A stretch of DNA of 64,000 nucleotides from Alphaproteobacteria bacterium 43-37 (GCA_001897475.1 MKSY01000026.1:25324-89323), one strand, 5' to 3'; counted from the stretch's first letter, positions 1 through 10,032 are shown. Notes: generated by a model not told the origin, from the sequence alone. Numbers and translations are program-made.

Positions 1-100
1 TCATAAAAATATGGAAGCATCGCTTCAACCACTCTTGGATCACAAGGTGTTGTGGCCTGGTAATCAAGATATGTTGCAAGGTGTGATTGTAGTTGTTCCA

Positions 101-1252
101 TCATGATGTTATCCTCTGGGGGGCGGAATTTATGGTTTTTGAATACCTGTGTTGTACGCGCTTGTAAAGGCTTGCCCATGTTTGCATAAATTGATCCACA
201 TCTTTATCGCCTGATGACCACCCAAAGCTGACGCGGATGGCTGATTTAGCTGATTCATAGGAGGCGCTCATGGCAAGCAAAACATGGGAAGGGTGCAGTT
301 TTTTAGAGGCGCAGGCTGCTCCGGCGCTGGCATAAATATGGGCTAAGTCCAGTGTCATGAGTTGGCTCTCTTGACTGAGTGATGATACGCTAAAGCAAGA
401 TGTATTGGGTAGCCGTTCCGCATTTTTCCCATAAATAGTGATGTCAGGTGCTATGGCTTGTAGCGCATCTTCAAGTTTTTCACGCAAGGAAAATGTATTT
501 CGTTCTAATGACAATGTCATAATGTCAGGTGCGAGGGCTGCGAATCCAGCGATGGCTGGGAGATTTTCAGTGCCGGCGCGCAGGCCCATTTCTTGGAGCC
601 CGCCTTTGAACAAAGAACTTGGCTTTGCCGTGGGTGAGAAAATGAGTGCACCTATTCCAAGTGGGCCGCCAAGTTTATGAGCCGACAAGGTCATATAATC
701 CACGCTAAGTTCATCGAACATAAAAGCATGTTTTCCTAAGGCTTGAGATGCATCAGTATGAACATACCCGCCATAATGTTTAACAACGGCTGAAATTTCC
801 TTGATGGGTTGAATGACGCCTGTCTCATTATTGGCAAGCATCACGCTGACAAGAAGGGGATGCGCAATGCATCGTTTTTTGAGTCTGGTTTGCAGGATTT
901 CTAGATCGATAACACCGTCTTCGTTGACAGGCAAACAATTGTCTGGATGAGCATAGGATCTTACTGAGTCATGTTCTATGTTTGAGCATAAAATTTCAAA
1001 CCCTTGTCTTTGCGCGTCCAGTAATATTATGGCATTGGCTTCGGTCCCGCCGCTTGTGAATATAGCCTGCTCTGGCTTGGTGCCAACTACGCTTGCTATC
1101 GCTTTTCGATAGCCTTCCAGCCTCTTTTTTGCCTCGCGGCCCAAGGTATGTATGGCAGACGCATTGCCAATGCATGCGTATTCATCCATTATTGCTTTAT
1201 GGCAAATGGGCCTTAAGGGGGATGTTGCGTTATGGTCCAAATAGGTGCTCAT
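101..1252 (-). CDS. Cysteine desulfurase (NifS/IscS family, PLP-dependent)
   Basis: The ORF translation contains [13 protein letters not shown] near the N-terminus, a PLP Lys motif (SAHKLGGP) and class V aminotransferase architecture. The likely start is Met6 at 1252. The gene is coupled to the upstream Rrf2 gene. Confidence 0.85.
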   Translation of the reverse strand: MSTYLDHNATSPLRPICHKAIMDEYACIGNASAIHTLGREAKKRLEGYRKAIASVVGTKPEQAIFTSGGTEANAIILLDAQRQGFEILCSNIEHDSVRSYAHPDNCLPVNEDGVIDLEILQTRLKKRCIAHPLLVSVMLANNETGVIQPIKEISAVVKHYGGYVHTDASQALGKHAFMFDELSVDYMTLSAHKLGGPLGIGALIFSPTAKPSSLFKGGLQEMGLRAGTENLPAIAGFAALAPDIMTLSLERNTFSLREKLEDALQAIAPDITIYGKNAERLPNTSCFSVSSLSQESQLMTLDLAHIYASAGAACASKKLHPSHVLLAMSASYESAKSAIRVSFGWSSGDKDVDQFMQTWASLYKRVQHRYSKTINSAPQRITS

Positions 1253-1713
1253 GCTGCTCCTGCGCATGTTTTATTTTGATGAGGGTCAGAAGAAGCAAGC
1301 AGATCAATCAAGGTTTTTTGTCCCAAGTAGATTGTAATCTGTTCCTCAAGATTTTCCCATAAATGGTGAACCATGCAGCGAGCGTTCTCACCCTGGCAGC
1401 CGGTTGTGCCCGTTGAGTTGCATCGAGTCACTTGTAAAGGTTCATCGATTGCAGCGAGAATTTCAGTGATCTTAATTGCCTCGGGTGTTAATGCAAGGAT
1501 ATAACCGCCTTTTTGCCCACGGGTGCTTTTAACGAGCCCGTGGTTTTTCAATTGGTTGAATATTTGCTCAAGAAACGCTAAGGGCAGTTTTTGCCGATCA
1601 GAAATTGAGGAAAGCCTCACTGGCTCTTGAGTTGCATGCATCGCAAGGTCTGCCATTGCTAGAAGGGCGTAATGACTTTTAATTCCAAATCTCATTAAAG
1701 GTTCCGTGGTCAT
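1249..1713 (-). CDS. Rrf2-family transcriptional regulator (IscR-like)
   Basis: It has an N-terminal winged-helix region (MRFGIKSHYALLAMADLA). It lies directly upstream of the cysteine desulfurase in the same operon. The true start may be Met7 at about 1695. Confidence 0.75.
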   Translation of the reverse strand: MTTEPLMRFGIKSHYALLAMADLAMHATQEPVRLSSISDRQKLPLAFLEQIFNQLKNHGLVKSTRGQKGGYILALTPEAIKITEILAAIDEPLQVTRCNSTGTTGCQGENARCMVHHLWENLEEQITIYLGQKTLIDLLASSDPHQNKTCAGAA

Positions 1714-1875
1714 TTGATTTTTGTGGACAAAAAGCAGCGTTTTAGGTAATATAGTTCATCGCAAAAAGCGATGCTTTTTTGATCTGTGAATCCATTATAA
1801 GATTCCTGATTAATTTAGTCAACAATGAATGATTTTGGTGCTTCGACACCACAAACATAATGATAAGAGGACGCA

Positions 1876-2538
1876 ATGCCTGAGGTAATTTTTCCTGGCC
1901 CAGAAGGTCGAATTGAAGCTCGCTACCATCATAGCAAAGTTCCCAATGCGCCAATAGCCATTATTTTACATCCTCATCCGGCAGATGGTGGCACTATGAA
2001 TAACAAGATTGTTTTCAATCTTTTTAAAACATTTGTTGATCAAGGGTTTAATACTCTGCGTTTCAATTTTAGAGGGGTTGGAAGATCCGAAGGACGCTTT
2101 GATCATGGCGAGGGTGAGCTCTCTGATGCCGCTGCTGCCCTTGATTGGTTGCAGGCCCAAAATCCAAATTCCAATAGCTGCTGGGTGGCTGGGTTTTCAT
2201 TTGGTGCCTGGATTGGTATGCAGCTTCTGATGCGTCGCCCTGAAATTGATGGTTTTATTTCGATCAGTCCTCCGGCAAACCTTTATGATTTTAACTTTTT
2301 GGCTCCCTGCCCAGTATCTGGTATGATTTTACAAGGCGAGAATGATACCATTGTCACCCATGACTCTGTCTTAAAGCTGGTTGATAAGCTGAACAGTCAA
2401 AAAGGTATCGCTATTGATTATCGTGTTGTTCAAAAGGCGGGACATTTCTTTGATCAGCAATTGGAAGAGTTGAGCGCAAATGTCCTCGAATATTTAACTA
2501 AAGCCATCGCACCGCTCCATAGAGTTGCTAACCTTTAG
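1876..2538 (+). CDS. Alpha/beta-fold hydrolase
   Basis: It has a GFSFG nucleophile-elbow motif and is about 220 aa, which fits an alpha/beta hydrolase architecture. Confidence 0.6.
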   Translation: MPEVIFPGPEGRIEARYHHSKVPNAPIAIILHPHPADGGTMNNKIVFNLFKTFVDQGFNTLRFNFRGVGRSEGRFDHGEGELSDAAAALDWLQAQNPNSNSCWVAGFSFGAWIGMQLLMRRPEIDGFISISPPANLYDFNFLAPCPVSGMILQGENDTIVTHDSVLKLVDKLNSQKGIAIDYRVVQKAGHFFDQQLEELSANVLEYLTKAIAPLHRVANL

Positions 2539-2636
2539 GGTGTTGCTTGGCATTAGAGTAACTTTCCTATTGACAACAGTTGGTGCGGTTGGTTAAACAT
2601 ACGTTGCAAGTTTTTGAAGATTGAAAGATTAAGACC

Positions 2637-2762
2637 ATGAAAATTGTAAATTCTCTAAAAACAATGAAGTTGAGGCACAAGGCTTGCCAGATCGTGCGTC
2701 GTCGTGGTCGTGTTTATGTGATCAACAAGGTCAATCCACGCTTCAAAGCCCGTCAGGGTTAA
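2637..2762 (+). CDS. rpmJ: 50S ribosomal protein L36
   Basis: A 41-aa ORF ([41 protein letters not shown]) that is not in the ORF track. It has the classic L36 zinc-ribbon signature. A hairpin follows at 2817-2851. Confidence 0.85.
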   Translation: MKIVNSLKTMKLRHKACQIVRRRGRVYVINKVNPRFKARQG

Positions 2763-3055
2763 TCAAGCCAAAATCTTTCCAAAATCCTTTTAAGTGAGTT
2801 TTAAGGGCCTGTCTTTAAGATACCTCTGGGTTTATTAGTGAGGTATTTATTATGAAGTTACAGGCCAAATGTCATTTTATGGCTGCCTTTTTATTTAACG
2901 CAAGGCCCAGCAGCTCAAGTGGCGTTGCCAGCCGCAGGATACCCTTAAATTTTAACTAATTTTTCTGCATTTTTTACGTTTCTTTAACTAAAGCTTAATA
3001 CGCATTTAATCATTTCACTCTAAGATGTTACGAGTCATCTTAGGAGTTTTATATC

Positions 3056-3796
3056 ATGAGAACTATGAAAAGTATTGTGAGCGTCATCTCAGTTATTGGT
3101 TGTGCCATGTCTTCAGTGGGGTTTGCTCGCGCTAATCAGGAAGAAGATGCGGCAATGGAAGTTTGTATGGACTATTGCTCGACGATGACCACAGTTACTC
3201 ATCAGTTTCCTGAAGCATCTCAGGCAATAATAGACACTCATAATTCAAGATCGTTTTCAGACAACTTGCTGCTTAAAAGAATTAGTGTGACCTTAGGTTT
3301 GTTGCAAGAAATGCATCAAGTATCACAAAATGTTATGGGGGCATTAATCGCATATGCTCATAGTGCATCTATCAGTGACGCTGATAGATCTAAACTCAAT
3401 CAAGCTTATAGTTATGCTGCCTCAGGTTTGAGGGTTTCATTAAGTATGGCTAATGAATGGTTAGAGGTATTGCGCACAACCAATAAATCACCGTTTCGCG
3501 TGCCTGGCTTGAACCAGCTCTCTTTAAACGTTGAAGATGTTGAAGGATTGATGACTGAAGAAGGTCGTATAAAAGCTAATGGTTATTTTGCTTCTGACAA
3601 TCCACAAGGATTTTTAACAGCACTACGTTGTGCCTATTCGGGTCTTGTTTACATGCGAGCCAGCATAGAAGGCGCCCCAACGGATCCATTGATATTAGAT
3701 GATTATTGCTGGGATCAAATTAGGCCTCTCAATGAGCCAGCCAATCAAAATGCAGCTGCTGCTGAGGAGCTGCCTTCGTCTCATGTAGAGCTTTAG
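3056..3796 (+). CDS. Secreted hypothetical protein (Sec signal peptide)
   Basis: The N-terminal hydrophobic signal (MRTMKSIVSVISVIGCAMSSVGFARA) is followed by a 220-aa soluble domain. The gene lies in the AT-rich accessory island. Confidence 0.5.
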   Translation: MRTMKSIVSVISVIGCAMSSVGFARANQEEDAAMEVCMDYCSTMTTVTHQFPEASQAIIDTHNSRSFSDNLLLKRISVTLGLLQEMHQVSQNVMGALIAYAHSASISDADRSKLNQAYSYAASGLRVSLSMANEWLEVLRTTNKSPFRVPGLNQLSLNVEDVEGLMTEEGRIKANGYFASDNPQGFLTALRCAYSGLVYMRASIEGAPTDPLILDDYCWDQIRPLNEPANQNAAAAEELPSSHVEL

Positions 3797-3861
3797 TTAA
3801 AACGGCATGGGGGCCGCGGGCCTTTAAGGTGTGCAGTGACAATTGATTATGAAGGTGAAAA

Positions 3862-4587
3862 ATGCATAAAAATTTACTAAAGTTTTTTAATGTTAACGTT
3901 CGAAATTCTCATGCTTGTAAAGTATTTAAGCGGGTTATTGCTGTTTTTCTGATGATAGGGTGTACGATCAGGGGAGATGCTTATGCAACTTCATTGGCGC
4001 CAGATGTCAAAGAGTTCTGTGATCATTTTTATGCGACACATAATGTAACGGCAGAGCAATCTGTTGATCGTGAGTTTTTGGCCAACAAAATCCGACAAGG
4101 AAAAATAGCCCATGCAAGAGTTGAGGTTGCATTAGATCTTGTAGGCGGTATGCAAAGGCCTCTTCGAGAAATGCAAAGGTTGTATCAAACGGCCCTAACA
4201 GGAAAAGGCTTTGATCCTGTTCAGCTGGATATTGAATATCAAACACTGGCAAAGCATTTTACTCTAGCATACTCAGCAATGTGGAAATACCTTAGACACA
4301 TGATTGATGGTGAGTCTCAATTTGAGATTTTGTCACAAATGATCGGGCAGTTGCCCCCAGAGTTTTCGATAGGGACGCTTAGCTGCCCGTTAAAAATTCA
4401 GGAGATAGATATGAGGCTTGTGGGCAGTAGTGAACAAGGCGGGCTTCTCACCTTAGTGGATCATTTGATAATTGGTTTGCAGTCAGCTAGGCATTCTTTG
4501 GAATATAATCAAGGCTTTTTCGAGCTGGCTCAAACCGAGCCATGTTTGGCCCGTATTATGGTGAGAGGGTTAAAGATTGGCTTATAG
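3862..4587 (+). CDS. Hypothetical protein with N-terminal membrane anchor or signal peptide
   Basis: It has a hydrophobic segment at aa 24-36, no recognisable catalytic motifs, and sits next to the secreted protein and the patatin gene. Confidence 0.45.
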   Translation: MHKNLLKFFNVNVRNSHACKVFKRVIAVFLMIGCTIRGDAYATSLAPDVKEFCDHFYATHNVTAEQSVDREFLANKIRQGKIAHARVEVALDLVGGMQRPLREMQRLYQTALTGKGFDPVQLDIEYQTLAKHFTLAYSAMWKYLRHMIDGESQFEILSQMIGQLPPEFSIGTLSCPLKIQEIDMRLVGSSEQGGLLTLVDHLIIGLQSARHSLEYNQGFFELAQTEPCLARIMVRGLKIGL

Positions 4588-4730
4588 GCAGTGGAGGCTG
4601 ATTGGAAAGTCCTAGGCTCTGCAAGCCAACTGTCAGATCAAGTCTGAATTAGTACATGTTATGCAAACAAAACTCCTCCTGAAATTTTCATTCAGGAGGA
4701 GTAAGTGCTCATTATAACTTTATAATTAAA

Positions 4731-5792
4731 TTAGAAGTCCATTGTGGATTTTACACCCAGGCTGTCAAAATTCTCTCTCATCCACTCGGATGCGCACTCT
4801 TTACCTGCCTCATAAAGGTGGTTGATAAATTCGCTTGTAGAATTGAGCTTACTTGAGAAGCCGAGTTTGGTGAAAACACTTTCGTTTTTAATGCAATGCA
4901 TATGAACGCGCTTATGCTTCTTGTCGCTTAGCTCACCCTTGTTAATGAGATCAGTAATGAAATGAATGTTGCGCATTTCTCTCATTAAAGACATGTTGTT
5001 GCTGATCTCATTCAAGCGATCGGAGATGCCACGTACATCGTGTGGAATTTCTGCCCTGCGGGTTGGGTTGAGCTGCACAATGATGATATCCTGAGCGTCA
5101 CAATTGTAGATGAGGGGATAGATAGCTGGGTTTCCAACAAACCCACCGTCCCAGTAGAATTCGCCGTCTACTTCAACTGCCTTGTGGATCAAAGGTAGGC
5201 ATCCAGATGCTAGAAGCACTTCTGGCTTTAATTCAGGGTTAGTGAAGATGCGGATGTTGCCGTCACAAACATGTGTGGCGCAGAGGAAGACTTTGTGCAG
5301 GGTTTCTCGGCGAAGGATATCAAAGTCAAATGTTTTTAGAATCACATCACGCAAAGGATCTGTATCCATTGGGTTGAACTGATAAGGTGAGAGCATGCGA
5401 ATCATTGTGTCAAAGGCCATGTATGCTGGGGTGTTATACATAGTGTACAAGCCCATCATTTTATCGATTGGGCCGGGTTTAAGTTGCCCTTTGTCTCCAG
5501 CTTCAGCGATGCCTTCCCAGAATGCTCTTAAAACTTTACGTGCGCCCTTGTTGCCATTGATGATCAGGCCCTGGCATGTCGCTACAGAGTTCATTGCTCC
5601 TGCGCTTGTGCCGCTTAATCCTTCAACTTCAATGCGATCATCTTCCAGTAATCGATCGAGGACACCCCAGGTGAAAGCACCGTGAGCCCCGCCACCTTGA
5701 AGTGCAAGATTTACACGCTTTTTGCCACTTGCGGGTGCTTTGCTAGCTGGATTTGTCATAATTTGTCTCTCCTGTTTAATTTTTTGGTGCAA
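4731..5792 (-). CDS. Patatin-like phospholipase
   Basis: It has a glycine-rich oxyanion motif (LALQGGGAHGAF), a GTSAG serine-lipase motif, a downstream DGG Asp dyad motif and a basic N-terminal leader. Confidence 0.8.
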   Translation of the reverse strand: MHQKIKQERQIMTNPASKAPASGKKRVNLALQGGGAHGAFTWGVLDRLLEDDRIEVEGLSGTSAGAMNSVATCQGLIINGNKGARKVLRAFWEGIAEAGDKGQLKPGPIDKMMGLYTMYNTPAYMAFDTMIRMLSPYQFNPMDTDPLRDVILKTFDFDILRRETLHKVFLCATHVCDGNIRIFTNPELKPEVLLASGCLPLIHKAVEVDGEFYWDGGFVGNPAIYPLIYNCDAQDIIIVQLNPTRRAEIPHDVRGISDRLNEISNNMSLMREMRNIHFITDLINKGELSDKKHKRVHMHCIKNESVFTKLGFSSKLNSTSEFINHLYEAGKECASEWMRENFDSLGVKSTMDF

Positions 5793-6314
5793 TATCCGAT
5801 ATAATTTATTCTAAAAACAAAAGGATAAGAATGTTTTAATTTAGTAATGGGTATGCCCAAACTACTATTCGTACGCGCTCCCTAATGGGTGTGATGCATA
5901 CATTGATTAAGAATGTGCAGCAAAAATGTTAATAAATCCTTACCGGGCATTTTCAATGCGTTATAATTTTTAATCTTTTCGGTAGGAAACGCTTTTTCTT
6001 GTAAAGCTGAAACAATCTGCCTTTATCGATTTTTAGGTAAAAAATACGGATGTTGGAGGGAGGATATTTTGATAATAATAGGAGCAATTAAGGCGATAAA
6101 TTCGAATAAGGTTAATGTTACGCTGTTATTGAATGCCATTCTAGCTAAATAAGATTCCAGCTATGTAAGTGTATTGCAATGTGTCATTGCGCCGGTAACG
6201 GTGGGTTAGAATAAAAAAAGTTGAGCGCAAAACAGGTGCTAGTAAGGCTTTGACGTTAAAAATTGCTACTCGTGCCGCGTAGTTGAGTTTAGCGATAAAC
6301 ACAGGAGAACCACC

Positions 6315-7115
6315 TTGAATCTTAAATGTATGGATTACAACTACTCTGCTTACAAGTATCAAGAGTCAATTTATGATGCTTATTGTGAAATTATTGAGCC
6401 ATTGCTGAAGTATTTTAGATGCAAAATATTTTATTACATGAAGTTTTTTCCTGATGGAACATATTTGTCTTTAAGTAACAACCTCAGTTGGCAAAAATTC
6501 TATTTTTCAAATATTCTTAATAATGACATGATTCAGGGGTTTAGAGCTCTTGCTTGCTATAACCTTACAGATTATGTTCCGGTTCTGTGGCCTAAAACGC
6601 CTAACTCAAAGATTACTCAAAGTTTATACGATCAAGATATTTGGAACGGCTATAAGCTTATGAAGGTTTCAAGTAATTGTGTTGAGTCTTGGGGTGTGTG
6701 TACAGATAGGCTCTCGTCAGAAAGCCAAGAATTTTATATCCGTCAAAAAGAAACATTTTTATCGTTCATTCGCCATTTTGAAGAAAAAGCAAAAGATCTC
6801 ATAAGGTTGGGGCCGTTAGAAGATTATAAGCTTGGTTATTATGAAAATGGTACGGAAACGTTTCCTATTGTTGCAAATTTGTATTCTCAAAGTTTGCTGA
6901 AAGAAGAAGAGGCGCGGATGAGAACATTTTTATGTGAGTTATACAAAGAGGATCGGTTTATTAATGTTTTGACGCCTTTGGAAACAAAATGTCTGGCGCG
7001 CTATCAAGGAGGTGAGAGGGCGAGTGATCTTTCAAAGAAATTTAACCTGCCGTTTCAGACTGTGGAAATGTTGCTTAGGAATGCGGGCAAGAAAATTAGG
7101 GGCATTGCCACTTAA
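6315..7115 (+). CDS. LuxR-family transcriptional regulator (C-terminal GerE-type HTH, solo)
   Basis: The C-terminus has LTPLETKCLARYQGGERASDLSKKFNLPFQTVEMLLRNA, a LuxR/GerE helix-turn-helix. The N-terminal domain of about 190 aa is not a canonical autoinducer-binding fold. The gene is very AT-rich. Confidence 0.6.
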   Translation: MNLKCMDYNYSAYKYQESIYDAYCEIIEPLLKYFRCKIFYYMKFFPDGTYLSLSNNLSWQKFYFSNILNNDMIQGFRALACYNLTDYVPVLWPKTPNSKITQSLYDQDIWNGYKLMKVSSNCVESWGVCTDRLSSESQEFYIRQKETFLSFIRHFEEKAKDLIRLGPLEDYKLGYYENGTETFPIVANLYSQSLLKEEEARMRTFLCELYKEDRFINVLTPLETKCLARYQGGERASDLSKKFNLPFQTVEMLLRNAGKKIRGIAT

Positions 7116-7195
7116 GCTCTTATGGGCGCTGCTATTGGGTGCGAGGTAAATGCTTTTTGGAATTCTCTTAAAGCTGAGTAAGTTTTAACGGCCTC

Positions 7196-7309
7196 TTACT
7201 CCCTCACGCCCATCCAGTTGCCAAGATGGCTGTGGGCTCTGGTGTTCTTCGCCCTGAAGCGTGCGTGGAATTGAGGAAGAAGGGCAATGCTCGGGTTCAA
7301 GCAAAATAA
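7196..7309 (+). pseudogene. Relic of a T7 gp10-like major capsid gene with an internal deletion of about 280 codons
   Basis: Positions 7196-7212 match the 5' end of the intact capsid gene (ttactccctcacgccc at 12683). Positions 7221-7309 match its 3' end (13541-13629), encoding ...KMAVGSGVLRPEACVELRKK...QAK*. Confidence 0.65.
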
Positions 7310-7442
7310 CCTTCTCAAATAAGAAGCCAATTATTTAGTTTTTAAAGATATAATTTAGTAACAGTCGCCAGGGGATTGCTGAAGATTTGTTTACATCATC
7401 GTTTCAGGTTTGGTATAAAATAAGACTAACAAGAGGAAAAAG

Positions 7443-7931
7443 ATGAGTAAGATTTCATTTACATGCGATCTCCATAAAACGGTTGAAGTCCTTCTTTGGG
7501 TCATGGGTCAATCAAAGGAGGGTGTCAATCTGTATAACCTTGTTAAAACGATCTTTCATGCTGATTGTTACCACTTGAACAACTATGGAAGGCCAGTCAC
7601 AGGGGATCATTACATTGCGATGGATCATGGAACTGTCCCCAGCTGGGTTTATGACTTGCTCAAGCATGATCCTTTTACGTTATGTGATGCTGGGTATGAA
7701 CTAGGCGGCCAAACCCTTCCCTTTGAAGCTAAAGGGAATATGCTGGTTGCCAAGCGCCCCTTTAACCCAGACTTTTTATCTGAAAGTGACATTGAGGCCC
7801 TTCAGCAAGGTTTTAAAGAGTATGGAACTTTGTCGTTTCATGAGGTCAGAAATAAGAACCACTCACACCCAGCTTGGAAGAAATACTATTTTGAACAGCC
7901 CATCAAGAAATTCTTTTTGAAGCACTTATAA
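7443..7931 (+). CDS. Panacea-domain (SocA/GepA-like, DUF4065) protein, a putative antitoxin
   Basis: The motif block LYNLVKTIFHADCYHLNNYGRPVTGDHYIAMDHGTVPSWVYDLLKH matches the Panacea-domain consensus (KLQKLLY...GPV..VY). Confidence 0.6.
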   Translation: MSKISFTCDLHKTVEVLLWVMGQSKEGVNLYNLVKTIFHADCYHLNNYGRPVTGDHYIAMDHGTVPSWVYDLLKHDPFTLCDAGYELGGQTLPFEAKGNMLVAKRPFNPDFLSESDIEALQQGFKEYGTLSFHEVRNKNHSHPAWKKYYFEQPIKKFFLKHL

Positions 7932-8006
7932 ACGATTCTGAGATATTGGAAGATCTCCAATCCATTTCCTCTCAGTCTATTAAAGTCTAGACAAGGCAAG
8001 GACAAG

Positions 8007-8383
8007 TTGGTAAAGCTGAAAGTTGGAGATGTTATTCATATTTATCAAGAGCAAATCTATTCGCCTAAAAATAAGTATCATGTATGTGTCTGCCTGGATG
8101 CAGAAGAGTATTGGTTTTTTCTGATAAACTCCCAAGCCAGAAAAATGTACGAGTGCACATGGGCGATATTGCCGCAGAAATATCCGTTTCTGAAACACGA
8201 AAGCTACATTTCTTGCTCACGAGTATTAAGCGAGTCCAAGGATATTGTTATTCAAAAAGTTCTTGGCGTTTGGATTCAGAGGACTTGAAAGAGGTTTTAA
8301 GTAAAACCCAAGCTTCTCGAACGTTAACAAAACGTCGGAAAGATCGTATTCTCCCCCAGCTTCTTCAAGCTTTATCGGCATAA
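8007..8383 (+). pseudogene. Small ORF pair (8007-8288 and 8084-8383) downstream of the Panacea gene, possibly a frameshifted toxin-like gene
   Basis: Two overlapping frames are present 75 bp downstream of the Panacea gene on the same strand. The first ORF has a GDV...K.K.HV.VCL pattern that faintly resembles PemK/MazF. No other support. Confidence 0.25.
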
Positions 8384-8471
8384 GAAGCCTCTATAAACGT
8401 TTTTCTCTAACATCAAACTTTTAAAAAAATCAAGACATCTAACTAAAGATAGATATTGGTTGTAAGGTTTG

Positions 8472-8619
8472 CTACCGCTGAATATCAACAATCAATTTAT
8501 TCCCAACCTAATTTGTTACCTAGGAGAAGAACTTGAAGGTGTCTAATTTCAAAGACCCTAGGGAAGTTATGGTGGGCGATGAGGGGATTGAACCCCCGAC
8601 CCTCTCGGTGTAAACGAGA
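8472..8619. repeat. attL: direct repeat of the attR region, including a 50-bp exact copy of the tRNA-Val 3' end (8570-8619)
   Basis: Positions 8570-8619 are identical to 47194-47243. About 95 bp of imperfect homology extend leftward (ctgaatatcaacaatcaatttattcc...ttgttacctaggagaa). Confidence 0.75.
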
Positions 8620-8734
8620 TTCCAGTATTGTCATGGAATTATCAAAAGCTATAATTTTTGTTTTATTTTTAGTGGCTTACGCAAAATCTAAAATCATCTG
8701 GTGTCACTAAAAATTTGCTATTTTATCCATTTTT

Positions 8735-8756
8735 TGTTACCTATATGTTACCTAGA
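8735..8756 (+). promoter_or_regulatory. Tandem TTGTTACCTA repeats upstream of int (candidate integrase arm-type sites)
   Basis: ttgttacctatatgttacctag recurs exactly at 47127-47148 beside attR, and as a single copy at 8514-8524. Confidence 0.4.
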
Positions 8757-8773
8757 TCAAAAATGATGGATAG

Positions 8774-9967
8774 ATGCCAAAACTAACAAGAAAGATTATT
8801 GACGAATTAAAACCTGATCTTTCAAAAGAAAGATGCCTTTGGGATACTGAGATTAAAGGGTTTGGTATAAGGATACAAAAGAGCGATAAGAAAACGTTTA
8901 TTTATGTCTACAGAAACTCAAGCGGCAAGCTGAGAAAATTCAAGCTTGGTAATTATGGTAGCCTTACTGTTGAGCAGGCAAGAGAGCGCGCTTTAAAAAC
9001 TTCTGCTAAGGTTATCCTTGGTGAAGACCCTGTTAAAGAAAAGGAAGAGATAGTACTCGCTCGAAAAAATGCAGTTTACACTGTTTCTGACCTCATAAAT
9101 GACTACATGTTAAATTATGCTCCAGCAAACATAAAAAAAATTACCATAGGAAAATGGAAAAGCTTTATAAGGCTTTATATCTTGCCCGAATGGGGGGCTA
9201 GACCAGTCAATGAAATTAAAAAATCTGATGCTGAAAAGCTAAAGGCTAGCCTTAAGGATAAAAAGACTACTGCTAACCAGGTATTATGTATACTCTCAAG
9301 TATGTTTAATCATGCCATTGAATGGGGTAAAATCACTGAAAATCCCATTACTAAAGTTAAAAAGTATAAGGAACATAAAAGGCTTCGTTGGGCTGATGGT
9401 GAAGAGTTTGAACGATTATGGTCAACCCTTCAAAGTTACAAGGGCTATGCGCCTGCTGATGTTCTTATCTTTATTCTTTTAACTGGCTCACGTAAAAGTG
9501 AGGTTTTTAAGGCTAGTTGGGATCAATTTGATCTTGAAAAAGGTATTTGGGTTAAGCCCCACATTAATACAAAGCAGCAACGAAACGAGTATATTCCTCT
9601 TTCTCATGAGGCTATAGAGTTTCTTCAGGAATTAAGAGGGTATTCCTCTGACTATTACCTTTTTCCTGGTCGGGTTCCGGGTTCACATATTACAGATGTC
9701 AAAAAGTTCTGGGCTAAGGTTCTTAAAGAAGCCAACATTGACAACCTGCGCATCCATGATCTGCGGCATACGTACGCATCCCACCTGGTCTCCAGTGGTT
9801 TGAGTCTTAGTATTGTGGGTAGGCTTTTAGGACACTCAAACCCAAATACCACCCAGCGCTATGCCCATTTGGCTGATCAGGCTCTGCGTGATGCCACAAA
9901 CCTGTTTGCGGGTAAGCTGAAGAAAATTACGCAGAAAGATTCATCCTCAAAAGAACCTTCATTATAA
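8774..9967 (+). CDS. int: Tyrosine integrase (P4-type, with N-terminal arm-binding DUF4102-like domain)
   Basis: The catalytic block is RIHDLRHTYASHLVSSGLSL...LLGHSNPNTTQRYAHL (R, HxxR, Y). The N-terminus has WDTEIKGFGIRI. The gene is adjacent to attL. Confidence 0.9.
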   Translation: MPKLTRKIIDELKPDLSKERCLWDTEIKGFGIRIQKSDKKTFIYVYRNSSGKLRKFKLGNYGSLTVEQARERALKTSAKVILGEDPVKEKEEIVLARKNAVYTVSDLINDYMLNYAPANIKKITIGKWKSFIRLYILPEWGARPVNEIKKSDAEKLKASLKDKKTTANQVLCILSSMFNHAIEWGKITENPITKVKKYKEHKRLRWADGEEFERLWSTLQSYKGYAPADVLIFILLTGSRKSEVFKASWDQFDLEKGIWVKPHINTKQQRNEYIPLSHEAIEFLQELRGYSSDYYLFPGRVPGSHITDVKKFWAKVLKEANIDNLRIHDLRHTYASHLVSSGLSLSIVGRLLGHSNPNTTQRYAHLADQALRDATNLFAGKLKKITQKDSSSKEPSL

Positions 9968-10032
9968 TCACAACATAAATCTTTTAATCCGTTAAATAAC
10001 CTCTCTCTTCCTATACAAGGAGTTTCCCCCTT

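Noticed and set aside
4731-5792. Considered the patatin-like phospholipase as a CBASS (CapV) effector.
   Set aside because: No CD-NTase or cyclase, and no E1/E2/JAB or HORMA/TRIP13 partner genes are adjacent. The neighbours are secreted proteins and a LuxR regulator, so a virulence or accessory role is more likely.
6141-6362. A 73-aa ORF lies upstream of and overlapping the LuxR start.
   Set aside because: The intergenic region is AT-rich and prone to random ORFs. The ORF has no RBS and overlaps the LuxR 5' end.
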